Source: Chiloscyllium plagiosum
Taxonomy: Eukaryota
Direction of reading: 5' to 3'
Length of the DNA stretch: 64,000 nucleotides
NCBI RefSeq assembly: GCF_004010195.1
Contig: NC_057719.1
Coordinates: 29,116,822 to 29,180,821, forward strand
Both the position numbers and the translations under genes were made by a program. Below are positions 10,618-23,454 of the stretch, piece after piece; the first letter of the stretch is position 1, and each line of letters starts with the position of its first letter. The notes under the pieces were generated by a model. The model did no database searches. It was not told where the DNA came from and saw only the letters and a program-made list of their open reading frames with translations.

Positions 10618-10884
10618 CTGTTCTTCCTGTTATTCTTACTGGCCTTAATCGGACTCCCCCTTAGTTATTTTACTTGCTGACCTACTGCTTCAGTTTCTGC
10701 CCCACTACACTAGTTTAAACCATCCTGAGTGGCATTAGCAAACCTCACTGCCAGGATTTTGGTGCCCCTCCAGTTTAGTTGAAACCTATCCTTTTTATAC
10801 AGGTCCCACCTGCCCTGGAAGGTATTGCACTGGTCCACTTATCTGAAGCCGTTCCTCCTACATCAGCTCTTTAGCCATGTATTT

Positions 10885-11056
10885 AACTGTACTACTTTCC
10901 AGTTCATAGCAGACTGGGATGTGCCACAGGAAGTAATCCTGAGATTATAACCCAAGAGGTCCTACCTTTCAACTGTACTACTTTCCAGTTCATAGCAGAC
11001 TGGGATGTGCCACAGGAAGTAATCCCGAGATTATAACCCAAGAGGTCCTACCTTTC
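10885..11056 (+). repeat. 86-bp tandem duplication (1 mismatch)
   Basis: 10885-10970 is repeated at 10971-11056. Confidence 0.95.
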
Positions 11057-11057
11057 A

Positions 11058-11386
11058 GTGGGCGGCACGGTGGCACAGTGGTTAGCACTGCTGCCTCACA
11101 GCGCTAGAGACCCGGGTTCAATTCCCGCCTCTGGCGACTGACTGTGTGGAGTTTGCACATTCTCCCCGTGTCTGCGTGGGTTTCCTCCGGGTGCTCCGGT
11201 TTCCTCCCACAGTCCAAAGATGTGCAGGTTAGGTGAATTGGCCATGCTAAATAGCCCGTAGTGTTAGGTAAGGGGTAAATGTAGGGGTATGGGTGGGTTG
11301 CGCTTCGGCGGGGCGGTGTGGACTTGTTGGGCCGAAGGGCCTGTTTCCACACTGTAAGTAATCTAATCTAATCTAATCTAAAAAAA
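11058..11386 (+). mobile_element. HE1 V-SINE, full length and young
   Basis: A box TGGCACAGTGG, B box GGTTCAATTCC, V-domain GGGTTTCCTCCGGGTGCTCCGGTTTCCTCCCACAGTCCAAAG, (AATCT)n tail, CpGs retained. Confidence 0.93.
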
Positions 11387-11849
11387 CTTCCTACCTAAAT
11401 CCCTGAACGCCATTTGCAAGACCTCACCTCTCTTTCTGCATGTTTTGTTGGTACCAATGTGGACTACATCCTTTGGCTGCTCACCACCCCCCCCCCCCAC
11501 CCCCCCCTTTTCCGAAGGAAAGACATAAACACATTGGCCGCAGTTCAGCATAGATTTATTAAATTGATACATGGAATGAGAGAGTTGTCTTATAAGAATG
11601 CGTTGGACAAGCTGTGATTGTTCCATTGCAGCTTGAGCATTTAACTGCTTGTGAAAAGGTATTAAAAGTTGGTGTTAGATTCACAATAACAATAATGTCA
11701 AATGCTTACAATTTCACTGTCATTTCTACCACAATTTGTGGACTTTTGGACGACACATTAAAATTTGGTCAACTAAAAAGTTTTGAAGTACTATTATAAA
11801 CATTAAAAAAGAGGTTATAGAGCTTAAAGCCTTGACACAGATAAACTGT

Positions 11850-13200
11850 AGAGTGATTTTTACATCTGTAATGTGCAAAGTATTGGAGAGGATTCTGAGA
11901 GACAGGGTTTATGATTACTCGAAAAACCATAGTTTGATTAGAGATAGTCAGCATGGTTTTGTGAGGGGTAGGTCATTCCTCACAGAATTTATTGAATTCT
12001 TTGAGGTTGTGACAAAACATGTGGTTGAAGGTAAAGCAGTGGATGTAGTGTACATGGGTTTTAGCAAGGCGTTTGACAAGGTTCTCCATGGTAGGCTCAT
12101 TCAGAAAGTAAGGAGGCATGGGGTACTGGGAAACCTGTCTGTCTGGATACAGAATTGGTTGGCCCATAGAAGACAGAGAGTGGTGTAGATGGAAAGTATT
12201 CAGCCTGGAGCTCGGTGACCAGTGGTGTTTCGTAGGGATTTGTTCTGAGACTTCTGCTCTTTGTGATTTTTATAATGACTTTGGTGAGGAAGTGGAAGGG
12301 TGGGTTAGTAAGTTTGCCGATGACACGAAGATTGATGGAGTTGTGGATAGTGTGGAGGGCTGTTGTAGGTTGCAACGATATATTGACAGGATACAGAACT
12401 GGGCTGATAAGTGACAGATGGAGTTCAACCTGGAAAAGTAGGAAGTCATTTGCTTTGGAAGGTAGAATTTGAATGCAGAATACAGGATTAAAGGCAGAAT
12501 TCTTGGCAGTGTGGCGGATTAGAGGGAACTTGGGTTGCATGTCCATAGATCCCTCAAAGTTGCCACCCAGTTTGATAGGGTTGTTCAGGAGGCATATGGT
12601 GTGTTGGCTTTCATTAGCAGGAGGATTGAGTTTAAGGGCCGTGAGGTCATGCTGCAGTTCTATAGAGTCCTGGTTAGACCATATTTGGAATATGGTGTTC
12701 AGTTCTGTTCACCTCATTATAGGAAAAATGTGGAAGCTTTAGCGAGGGTGCAGAGAAGATTTACCAGGATGCTGCCTGAACTGGAGGGCATATATTATGA
12801 AGAAAAAATTGAGGGAGCTAGGACTTTTCTCATTGGAACGAAGAAGGATGAGAGGTGAGTTGATAGAGGTGTACATGGTGTTGAGTTAATAGCCAGAGAC
12901 TTTTTCCCATGGTGAAAATGTGTTTCACAAGGAGGCATAAGTTTAAGGTAATTGGAGGAAGATTTAGGGGAGTTATTAGAAGTAGGTTCTTTACTCAGAG
13001 AGTGGTGGGCGCATAGAATGCACTGCCAGCAGTGGTAGTAGAGTCAGATACATTAGGGACATTTAAGCGACTCTTGGATAGGCACATGGAAGTTAATACA
13101 ATAAAGGATATATAGATTAGTCTGATCTTAGAGTAGGATAGAAAGCTGGCACAATGTTGAGGGCTAAAAGGTCTGTACTATGCTGTACTTTTCTATGTTC
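11850..13200 (+). mobile_element. CR1 LINE, 5'-truncated, RT to 3' tail
   Basis: SQHGFVRGRS, DVVYMGFSKAFDKV, SKFADDTK, LVRPYLEYGVQFCSP; several frameshifts and stops. Confidence 0.9.
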
Positions 13201-13524
13201 TTTGATTAAGTCAGGGGTGTCCAAAGACTACAATTGAGGTGTGTAGATTTGTAGGGCATGAAGAAGTTACAAATGTTGGGAAAGGCAAGACCTTGGAAGA
13301 GATTGAAAGCAGCAATAAGAATTTTAAAATGGAGGTTTTGTAAAATTGGGAACCACTGGAAGTTAACAGGGGTGATGAGTGAATTTGGCTTGGTGTAGCA
13401 TTATGAATGTGTTCAAACTTTTAGAAAATGTAAAATACGATGCAGTTCAAGAGACCATTGGATTAGTCAATTCAAGAGACAACAGGGATGCATGGATGAG
13501 GGTTTCAGCAACAGTTGAGGTTAG

Positions 13525-15337
13525 GTGAAAGTGGGTACTGCAGATGCTGGAGATTAGAGTCAAGATTAGAGTGGTGCTGGAAAAGCACAGCAGGCCAGGC
13601 AGCATCTGAGAAGCAGGAAAATCGACATTTTCAGGCAAAAGAGGGCATTCCTGATAGAGTCATAGAGATGTACAGCATGGAAACAGACCCTTCGGTCCAA
13701 CACGTCCATGCCGACCAGATATCCCAACCCAATCTAGTCCCACCTGCCAGCACCCGGCCCATATCCCTCCAAACCCTTCCTATTCATATACCCATCCAAA
13801 TGCCTCTTAAATGTTGCAATTGTACTAGTCTCCACCACTTCATTTGGCAACTCATTCTATACACGTACCACCCTCTGTATGAAAAAGTTGCCACGTAGAT
13901 CTCTTTTATATCTTTCCCTAAACCTATGCCCTCTAGTTCTGGACTCCCTGACCCCAGGGAAAAGACTTTGCCTATTTACCCTATCCATGCCCCTCATAAT
14001 TTTGTAAGCCTCTATAAGGTCACCCCTCAGCCTCTGACGCTCCAGGGAAAACAGCCCTAGTCTGTTAAGCCTCTCCCTATAGCCCAAATCCTCCAACCCT
14101 GGCAACATCCTTGTAAATCTTTTCTGAACCCTTTCAAGTTTCACAACATCTTTCCGATAGGAAGGAGACCAGAATTGCACGCAATATTCCAACAGTGGCC
14201 TAACCAATGTCCTGTACAGCCGCAACATGACCTCCCAACTCCTGTACACAATACTCTGAATAATAAAGGAAAGCAGACTGGACACCACCTTCACTATCCT
14301 ATCTAATGCGACTCCACTTTCAAGGAGATATGAACCTGCACTCCAAGGTCTCTTTGTTCAATAATACTCCCTAGGACCTTACCATTAAGTGTATAAGTCC
14401 TGCTAGGATTTGCTTTCTCAAAATGCAGTACCTTGCATTTATCTGAATTAAACTCCATCTGCCACTTCTCAACCCATTGGCCCATCTGGTCCAGATCATG
14501 TTGTAATCTGAGGTAACCCTCTTCGCTGTCCACTACACCTCCAATTTTGGTGTCATCTGCAAACTTATTGACTGTACCTCTTATGCTCGCATCCAAATCA
14601 TTTATGTAAATGACAAAAAGTAGAGGGCCCAGCACTGATCCTTGTGGCACTCCACTGGTCACAGGCCTCCAGTCTGAAAAACAACCCTCCACCACCACCC
14701 TCTGTCTTCTACCTTTGAGCCAGTTCTGTATCCAAATGGCTGGTTCTCTCTGTATTCCGTGAGATCTAACCTTGCTAATAAGTCTCCCATGGGGAACCTT
14801 ATTGAACATCTTACTGAAGTCCATATAGATCACATCTACCACTCTTTGTTACTCATCAATCCTCTTTATTACTTCCTCAAAATACTCAATCAAGTTTGTG
14901 AGACATGATTTCCCATGCACAAAGCCATATTGACTATCCCTAATCAGTCTTTGCCTTTCCAAGTACATGTACATCCTGTCCCTCAGGATTCCCTCCAACA
15001 ACTTGCCCACCACCGAGGTCAGGCTCACTGGTCTACAGTTCCCTGGCTTTTCCTTACCACCCTTCTTAAACAGTGGCACCACGTTAGCCAGTTTCCAGTC
15101 TTCCGGCACCTCACCCGTGACTATCGATGATACAAATAACTCAACAAGAGTCCCAGCAATCACTTCTCTAGCTTCCCACAGAGTTCTAGGGTACACCTGA
15201 TCAGGTCCTGGGGGTTTATCTACCTTTACCATTTCAAGACATCCAGCACTTCCTCCCCTGTTTTGCCTGAACGTCGATTTTCCTGCTCCTCAAATGCTGC
15301 CTGACTTGCTGTGCTTTTCCAGCTCCACTTTAATCTT
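13525..15337. mobile_element. Fold-back Penelope pLTR insertion split by a CR1
   Basis: Arms at 13525-13653 and 15261-15337. TSD AACAGTTGAG(G/T)TTAG at 13510-13524 and 15338-15352. Confidence 0.8.
13654..15260 (-). mobile_element. CR1 (HER1-like) LINE, 5'-truncated, fairly young
   Basis: ORF pieces 14849-15232, 14303-14842 and 13857-14294 with KPPGPD, SGVPQGSVLGP, KFADDTK; CTCTATGACTCT tail. Confidence 0.93.
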
Positions 15338-16680
15338 AACAGTTGAGTTTAGTCAGGGCAGGAGATAGATAAATTTTGTGGAGGCAGTTTTAGAGATGGA
15401 GAAGATACGTCCCAGAAGCTCATCTCAGGTTCTAATAGAATGCTAAATATGTGACACATCTGGTTCATACTAGATGATAGCTAGGGAAAGAGATGAGCCA
15501 GTAGCTACAAGCAGAGTGAAGACTTAAGTCATCACATTATTTAGTTTGAGAAATTTCTGCTAACCTGATACTTTGTACTTGCTATGGGAACGTAAACTTG
15601 ATTGTATGCATCAACTAAGTAATGTGACAGATCAGATACAGCAGAATTCAAGAGTTAACATTAAGGTAGTATAAGTGCACATGTTGAACATGATATTCTT
15701 TTGGATGGTGTTACTGAATAGCAGTATATGAATAAGAACTAAGAGAGGATCAGTGATAAATCCTTGGATGTTCCATAAGTAGTGGTGCAATAATGAAGTA
15801 GAAGACTTTGTAGGTGATTCTCTCGCTATGAGTAGATATAGAATCAATGAAGGGCTAATGATGGAGGAGAGGCTTTGTAGAATATTATGTTGTCAACTGT
15901 GCTGATATGTTGAGAAGATTGAGTAAAGGTGATTTAACGTGATTTTATAAAGGATATTATTTTGACTTTTAAAGGCCAAGTTCAAGAATGAAAACATAAT
16001 TGGAGAGATTCAAACCTGGAGTTGTGGGGAAGATGAGCATGAATTTGGGAAGTGTCAACATTTTTAAACATTTTGGAGAGGAAAGTAACAATGAAGGTGG
16101 AACAATAGTTTGCAAGGATGGTGTGATGCCCAACCTGATATTCTATCTGTGATTTCAGTCCACAGTCACGATGTTGATTCCTAAATTCCCTCTGAAATTC
16201 CTGAGCAATCCATTTTGATTAATTCATGCAGCAGTTTGATACAGGATGTAGGTTGATCATGACCCCCTGGAGCACCTTCCTTGGTCTTCAAGTCTGAAAG
16301 TGGGATTTGAAGCCAGAGCTTCTGGTCAAGAAGCAAGGAGTCTGCCTAATGCACCAGAAATCCTTCTCAAGGCAACCAGTGATGATCAATTTTCAAACAG
16401 CACATATTTGCAAATAATGCAATTGATTAGGGGTGATGCATATTTAGCTCATGATAGACCTGTATGAGATTTATGTTTTACAATATTAGTACTAAATTAC
16501 TCTATAATCCAGTTCTTCCAATTCATTAATATGAAATGTCAACTTAATTCCTCTGTACACAGATACTACTTCCACTCCCGTACATTTACAGCATTTTCTG
16601 TTTATGCACTGATATTATATTTGAGATTTTTACCATCTGCAATATGTTAAATTGATGTTGTTTTGTCTTGCTCAGGAAAG

Positions 16681-16732
16681 ATGGAAAATACAAATAAATT
16701 ATCAAATCTGGATAAAATCTTACTAAAATTAG
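16681..16732 (+). CDS. C14orf39: SIX6OS1 coding exon 1 (MENTNKLSNLDKILLKL; exon begins at 16676)
   Basis: Acceptor TTTTGTCTTGCTCAG, AAGATGG Kozak context, donor AG|GTAAGA. Resembles the recalled human N-terminus MNDSLFVSLDRLLLEF. Confidence 0.85.
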
Positions 16733-16852
16733 GTAAGAAAACTTAACTGACAAAACAGAATACAAGCTATTATGCTGAAGGTTTATATTGTTACTCATAA
16801 TCAGTTTTTTGAAATATAATTTTAAACATTCTTATTTATGTAAATATGCTAG

Positions 16853-16909
16853 TGTTTCAGGTGGACCAGGGTACACAACTGCAAAAAGAAGTTAAGCAGC
16901 AGATTCACA
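16853..16909 (+). CDS. C14orf39: SIX6OS1 coding exon 2 (VFQVDQGTQLQKEVKQQIH)
   Basis: 57 nt, phase 1/1, CTAG|...A|GTATGT. Resembles recalled VFQYEQDISTKEEMIQRIN. Confidence 0.82.
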
Positions 16910-17169
16910 GTATGTATTCTTTCCTGTCTTATACACTCAGTCAATAAAAATAAATGGAATGTAATGGTAATTTTTTTTGTCTTGAAGCTCACGCTATGGA
17001 ATCTTGCTCAATTAGGATCAAAAGGTGGATTTTACATTGCCATACTGGTTGGTATGAATGATGTGGAGATTGGTATGAAGGCTGGGGAACATGTAAAATA
17101 AAATAGGTGGCCATTTCACTCCTTAACCAGATTGAGGGAATGATGAGTAAGTCTAATTCACTGAAGTAA

Positions 17170-18835
17170 GCTTAAACTGAAATAAAATAAACTTAAATGA
17201 AAGCAATTATGAAGACATGAAAGCTGAGCTAGCAAAAATGAACTGGCAAATTAGGTTAAGTAAAATATTAGTAGAGATCCAGCAACAGACGCTTAAGGGG
17301 ATTTTTCAAAATACATTAAATGGATATATTCTGATAAGAAAGAAAATTCCAAAATCTGTGGTTAACTAAAGAAGTTAAAAATAGTTTTAAAAAAATGTAA
17401 TTGTGGAAAGATGGGTGGCAGGTCAGAAGATTGGTCAGAAAATTTTAAAAAACACAGCAGATTGACTAAGTTAAAGTTTGAGTGAGGGCCATCTAGAATA
17501 ATAAAAACAGGTAGTAAGTGTTTCTAAAGATATTTTAAAGAAATAAACAAGTTAACAAAGTGCAACAAAATGTGTAGAAAGTGTATCTTGCGAATTACTA
17601 ATGAGAAATTAGGTGATGGCAGATCAATTGATCAGTTATCATGAAGGACTCTCCTACTCAACTTCTCCCTCACCTGAAGCATGGTGACCTCTGGTCAAGC
17701 CACCATCAATCATTTCTCTCTTGAGAGAGTAGCCCTATGGTCCTCTGGAACTATGATGGCTTTACTGTTTGATTATTACTATAACATCCCAGAAGTAGTC
17801 AAAAATCAGTAAATAGGAGGAAGAGAGAAACAGAAGAAAATTACCATCACCAAGGAAGTGAACTGAGCAAATTGTTGGAACTGCAGGCTGATAAATTCTT
17901 GGGTCCTGACTGAATACATCATAGGGTCTGAAAATTAGTGGTTAGTAAGGTAGTTGAAATATTGCTTTAATTTTCCAACATTCTCTAGATTTGGGGAACA
18001 TTCCATTAGAATGTGAAATAGTGAATAAAACTCCTTTATTTAAAAAGGGGGAAAGACAGAAAGCAGGAAACTACAGGCCAGTTAGGTTAACAGCTATCAT
18101 AGCAAAATGTTAGAAGCTATTATTGAAAACATTACAGCAGGGTACTTAACGTCCAAGTTACTTAGGAAGTCATGTTGTTTCTGTGAAAGAGAAATCATGT
18201 TTAATCAATTTATTGGAGCTACCATAAGATGTAGGAGTAGAAGTAAGCAATTTGACCCATCAGGATTTCTCCATTGTTCAATTAGATCGAGGCTGATCTA
18301 ACAATCCTTAACTCTACTTTCCTGCCTTTTCCACATAACCCTTGATCCTTTCACTGATTAAAAATCTGTTTATTTCTGTTTTGGATACTCTTAATGATCC
18401 AGCCTTAACAGCTTTCTGTGGTTAAGAATTCCGCAGATTCGGTACCCTCTGAGAGAGGTAAAGTCTTCTCACCTCTGTCTTAAATGGGCAACCATTGCTC
18501 TGAGATTCCGTACTAGGTCGCTCGGGTCCTAGGCTCTCACAAAGAGGAAGCAACCTTTCTGCATCTACCCTGTTAAGCCCCCGAAGAATCTTATTTGTTT
18601 CTATAAAGTCTCCTTTCATTCTGCTAAACTCAACCTAGTCAACCTTGCCTCATAAAACAATCCCTCTGTACCCAGAATCAATCCAGTGAACTTTCTCTGG
18701 TTTGCATCTAATGCCAGTATTTCTTACCTTCGATAATGGATGTGGTCCAACTAGTGCCTTGTATAATTTTAGCAACACTTCCCTATTTTTATACTCCATT
18801 CACTTTAAGACAAAGCCTAACAGACATTTGACTTC
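17170..18835. mobile_element. Old CR1 fragments: + strand about 17170-18225, - strand about 18228-18835
   Basis: PLFKKGERQKAGNYRPV-type motif on +; GDFIETNKILRGL on -. Confidence 0.65.
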
Positions 18836-19668
18836 CCTAGTTACCCCAGATCAGAGTGATGCTGGAAAAGCACAATAGGTCAGGCAACATCTGAGGAGCA
18901 GGAAAATCGACATTTGGGGCAAAAGCCCTCCATACTAATATAAGAACAAATTGCCCCCAACAGTGTGGATTTGTGTTATTAAGTATTTTAGTAAGTATCC
19001 TTATATGTGGCATAATATCAAACACCTTTTAAAATCTAGATATATTATACCTACTGGTTCCCCTTTATCTATTCTGCTTGTTATCACCTCAAAGAATTTT
19101 AATAATTTGTCAGGTACTATTTCCCTTTCATGAAGCCATTCTGACTCTGTTTGATTATGTTATTTATAAATGTTCTGCTATTATATACAAGAAGCCATAA
19201 CATTGTTCCCAAGACAGATTTTAAGCTTATAATTTTCTTTTTTTGGCTCTCTCCTTTTTTTGAACAAGGTGTAACATTTGTAGTTTTCTTATCCACTTAG
19301 ACTTTTCCAGCATCTAAAGATCGTTGGAAGATTACTACCAGTGCTTTCACTACCCAAGGAATGACTTCCTTTAATATCCTAGGATGTAAACCCTCATGTC
19401 CAGGGACTTTTTGGCTTTTAGCCCCATAAGGTTCCCTCATACATATTCTCTAGTGATAACCGTTGTATTTATTTCTCCCCACCATTTTTACCTTGATTAT
19501 TTGGTATAGTTGAATACTATGTGTATCATCTACTATGAAGATTAATGTAAAGTATTTATCTTCTCCTCATTATTTACTCAGTCTCATTCTTCAAGGGTCC
19601 TCTGTTTTCTTTAGCCTCTCTCTTCCTTTAACTTTAGTTAAAAAAGCTCTTGCTGTCCATTTGTATAT

Positions 19669-20456
19669 CAAAGAACAAAGAAAATTTACAGCCCAGGAAC
19701 AGGCCCTTTGGCCCGCCAAGCTTGAGCCGATCCAAATCCACTGTCTAAACCTATTGACCAATTCCTAAGCATCTGTATCCCTCTGCTCCCCGCCTATGCA
19801 TGCATCTCTCCAGACGCACCTTAAATGAATCTACCGTGCCTGCCTCTACTACCTCTGCTGGCAACGCGTTCCAGGCACCTACCACCCTCTGTCTAAAGTA
19901 CTTGCCACGTATATCCCCTTTAAACTTTTCACCTCTTAACTTGAATCCGTGGCTTCTCGTTATTTAATCCCTCACCCTGGGAAGTTTATCTCTATCTACC
20001 CTGTCTATACCCTTAATGATTTTAGATTACAAGCAGGTCCCCTCTCAATCTCCTTTTTTTCCAATGAAAACAATCCTAACCTACTCAACCTCTCTTCATA
20101 GTTAGCACCTTCCATACCAAGCAACATACTCATAAATCTTCTCTGCACCCTCTCCAAAGCATCCACATCCTTTGGGTAATGTGGCGACCAGAACTGTACA
20201 CAGTATTCTAAATGCGGCTGAACCAAAGTCTTATCCAATTTTAACATGACCTGCCAGCTGTTATACTCAATACCCCGTCCGATGAAGGCAAGATGCCTTC
20301 TTGACCACTCTATCCACCTGTGCAGCCACCTTCAGGATACAATGGACTTGAACTCTCAGATCTCTCTGTTCATCAACTTTTCCCAAGGCTCTTCCGTTTA
20401 CAGTATAGTTCGCTCTAGAAAATGCATCACCTCATATTTGCCTGGATTGAACTCCA
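19669..20456 (-). mobile_element. CR1 LINE 3' fragment nested in an older CR1
   Basis: LVQPHLEYCVQFWSPHY...LERVQRRF; reversed tail AAAGAACAAAG at the left end. Confidence 0.85.
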
Positions 20457-21787
20457 TATCACTTAGTAGTTTATCCTAATAGTTTATTTCCTCCCTCTTT
20501 TTTATTCATCATCTTTTGTTGGCTTTAAACCTTTTCCTACCCTTTGGTTTGCCACCAATCTTTGTTTTTTTTTCAATCTGATACTATTCTTTGAGGAAGG
20601 AGTATGTTCTATGGATGAAGGAGAGCTAGTGATGCGCTGTCCTTGGATTTCCTGAATGCATTTGCAAAGGTGCCACATAAAGGCAATTGTGGAACATAAA
20701 AGATCATGGTGTAGGTGTTAAAATATTGGCATGGGTAGAAGATTTTCTAACTGAAACAGGGAGTACTCATAAATAGATTATTTTCTGGTAGTCAAGATGT
20801 GATGAGGAGTTTACCACATGGATCAATGCTGAGGCCTCAACATTTTACAATTTATATACATGACTTGGGTTAGTGGACAGAAGATATGGTTTTTAAATTT
20901 TCTATTGGCAAAAAGATAGATAGGAAAGTAAGCTGCAAAGGAGACGTACAAAGGGACATAGATTTAGTGAGTGAGCAAAGATCTGGCAAATGGAGTATAA
21001 TGTGAAAAATGTGAAATTGGGGTAGGAAGAATGAAAAAGGAGGCATTATCTAAATGGTGAGAGATTGTTGAGCTAGGAGATGCAGAAGGACCTGGGTATT
21101 AGTGCTGGGATCACGAAAGATAAAACAAGTAATTAGGAAAGCTAATACAAAACCATTGTGTAATAGAAGGGAGGAATTAAATGCAAAAATAGAGGAAAGG
21201 TACAGTCATTTGTGCCAATAATTTGAGAAAGATAAAGAAAACTATTGGTTATCACAGTTATACTGATATAGAATATAATTTGTGAATTTAATAAGGCCCC
21301 TGCGGTAGTGTTGGAAATTTGATTTGAAGGAGCTGTGAGGAAGTTGGGAATCAATTTGAGCGGTATAACACAATGTTTTCAGTTATATTTGTTCTTAGCC
21401 TGGACTTGTTTTGTTTGAAGAATGCCACTATGAATAACTTTTAATGTGACTTTGTATTGTTGATAGTAATTCAGAAGATTTTTGAAATTTAATGCTCTTC
21501 TCATAACTAATTTGTTAGCAGGGAAGCATTATTTGCGCTGGAGGGTGATGGGTGGTGACATCTCTTCCTTCCTGTCATTGACCAGTTAAACAAATGGTGA
21601 GAAGGCTTGTGGACAGCCTTCCCACTCCATCACCATTGAGGCTGCTGTGTGGACAATTAATGCCTTAAAATTGTGCCTGTACTAGTAATGTGTTTTGGTG
21701 TCCAATTAAAACAGGCTGTGTTCCATTTCTGACTAAATTTAGAATGACCAACTTTTAATACTTTAATATGTCTTGTGTGTTTTCTAG

Positions 21788-21914
21788 TATATTCAGCAAT
21801 TATTGCAAAAAAGAGACAACATATTGATGAACTACATGTAAAACGTAGCCATTTTGATGATGAAATTAATCGAATGCAAAGGATAAGTGCACATACCATG
21901 GACAATTTTAAAGT
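21788..21914 (+). CDS. C14orf39: SIX6OS1 coding exon 3 (IYSAIIAKKRQHIDELHVKRSHFDDEINRMQRISAHTMDNFK)
   Basis: 127 nt, TTTTTCTAG| and |GTAAGG, phase 1/2 compatible with neighbours, coiled-coil character. Confidence 0.85.
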
Positions 21915-22839
21915 GTAAGGATTTTGTTTAATTAAAATTAAACAATTACAGCTGGTTCAATTTTAGTATCCAAACCTCTCCAGTGGTGCACTACAATGAG
22001 CAATGAGTATCTAATTGTTTGTGGAGCATATGTGAGTAGAAGAAATAACATAGATACAATCTGAAAAGGTTCAAATGAAATCCAATTTTACACTAGAGAA
22101 CAGATTATCCAGATTATATTGAAAACTATGTCCCCAATCTGAAAAAATCCTATATACTTTATCTATTTTATATGCCACATTATTAATTTAATAGTGGTTT
22201 TACTCAATTTTAATTCTACCAGTGATTGCGCATTGCTGATGTCAAAGTACTGAGCGAATTCATTTTGCAGAACTGTTAAATAATGTGACTACAGCATATC
22301 ATAAATATTTTAGATTGATTTACTAGTTATCTACTAGTAATACGTAATACAATAAGTGTTGTAAATAATGTTAAATATGAAACTACAGTATCTGTTTCAC
22401 AGATGTAACTTCTCAGCAAAACATTGCACCCAGTGGGAGCAACATCTCCATAATTGTCTGCCCAATTGCATGCTTACAATGATTTTCTGCTCTTAAAATG
22501 TGATCATAACTTCCTGAAAATTTTGATGGTTGACATAACCCATCAGTATGCATAATTTTTAAACTTGATAAATAAACAAAAGACTGTATATTCTTAACAA
22601 AAACTAAACTTAATTTCATAACCAAAGAAATATTTTATAGATACCTTATTGCTAGTTGTAAACATTAAACCACTTGGAATGAACTGTCCTTTCTGTCCAT
22701 GCTTACAAGGCTTTCTGACTTTTTTTGGAGTTTTGGGTATGCCATATTATTTTGTTTTGTTTTTGTGGACAGGGTACCAAAATTCTAACTTTGATAAGTC
22801 CAAATATTAAATATTAATTAATCTTAAAATATTGTGGCT

Positions 22840-23435
22840 ATGGGAACAGGTCAGAGGTTAGGAATGCTGCAGCAAGTAATTCACCTCCTGCCTGCCCAAT
22901 CCCTTCCACCATCTACAAGACACAAATCAAGGATGTGAAGGAATACTGTCCAGTTGTGTGGATGAGTGCAACTCCAACAACACTCAAGAAGTTTGACACA
23001 ATCCTGGACAAAATAGCCCACTTGATTGGTACCACATCTTAAAACGTCAAGTCCTTGCCTCACTAATGCTCAGTTGCATCAGTGTATACCATCTTGAGGT
23101 GCACTTCAGAAATTCACCAAAGCTGCCTAGACAGCACCTTCTTAACCACCAATCATTTTCACTTATAATGACAAGGGCAGCAGACATATGGGAACAGCAT
23201 TATTTAACGTTCCGCTTCAGGTCACTCACCATCATGATTTGGAAATAAATCTTGTAAGCTCCAATGTCACTGGGTCAAATTCCTTGAATGCCCTCTCTAA
23301 TAGCATTGTGGGTCTACCTACAGCACTTGAATCGCAGTGGTTCAAGAAGGCAGTTCACCACCACTTTCTCAAAGGCTAATATGGAGGACAATCACTGACC
23401 CAACCAGTAATGCTCACATCCCATGAGTGAATTAT
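22840..23435 (+). mobile_element. CR1/L2-clade LINE 3' end
   Basis: TIYK.QI....EYCP..WMSA.PTTLKKFDTI..K-like segment plus TTCAAGAAGGCAG..CACCACCAC tail. Confidence 0.65.
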
Positions 23436-23454
23436 TTAAAAACAAATTGTTAGC

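Larger units (their letters stand above)
10640..11500 (-). mobile_element. CR1 LINE ORF1 (SGNH esterase-like) remnant
   Basis: Antisense EQPKDVVHIGTN motif and DLY..D..F.LNWRGTKILA-like segment. Confidence 0.6.

Noticed and set aside
10885..11056. CRISPR-like or satellite array
   Set aside because: Only two adjacent units with no spacers, in a eukaryotic context.
11058..11130. tRNA gene
   Set aside because: The A/B boxes belong to the tRNA-derived head of a HE1 SINE, followed by V-domain and LINE tail.
21657..21905. 82-aa minus-strand ORF
   Set aside because: Antisense shadow of SIX6OS1 coding exon 3.
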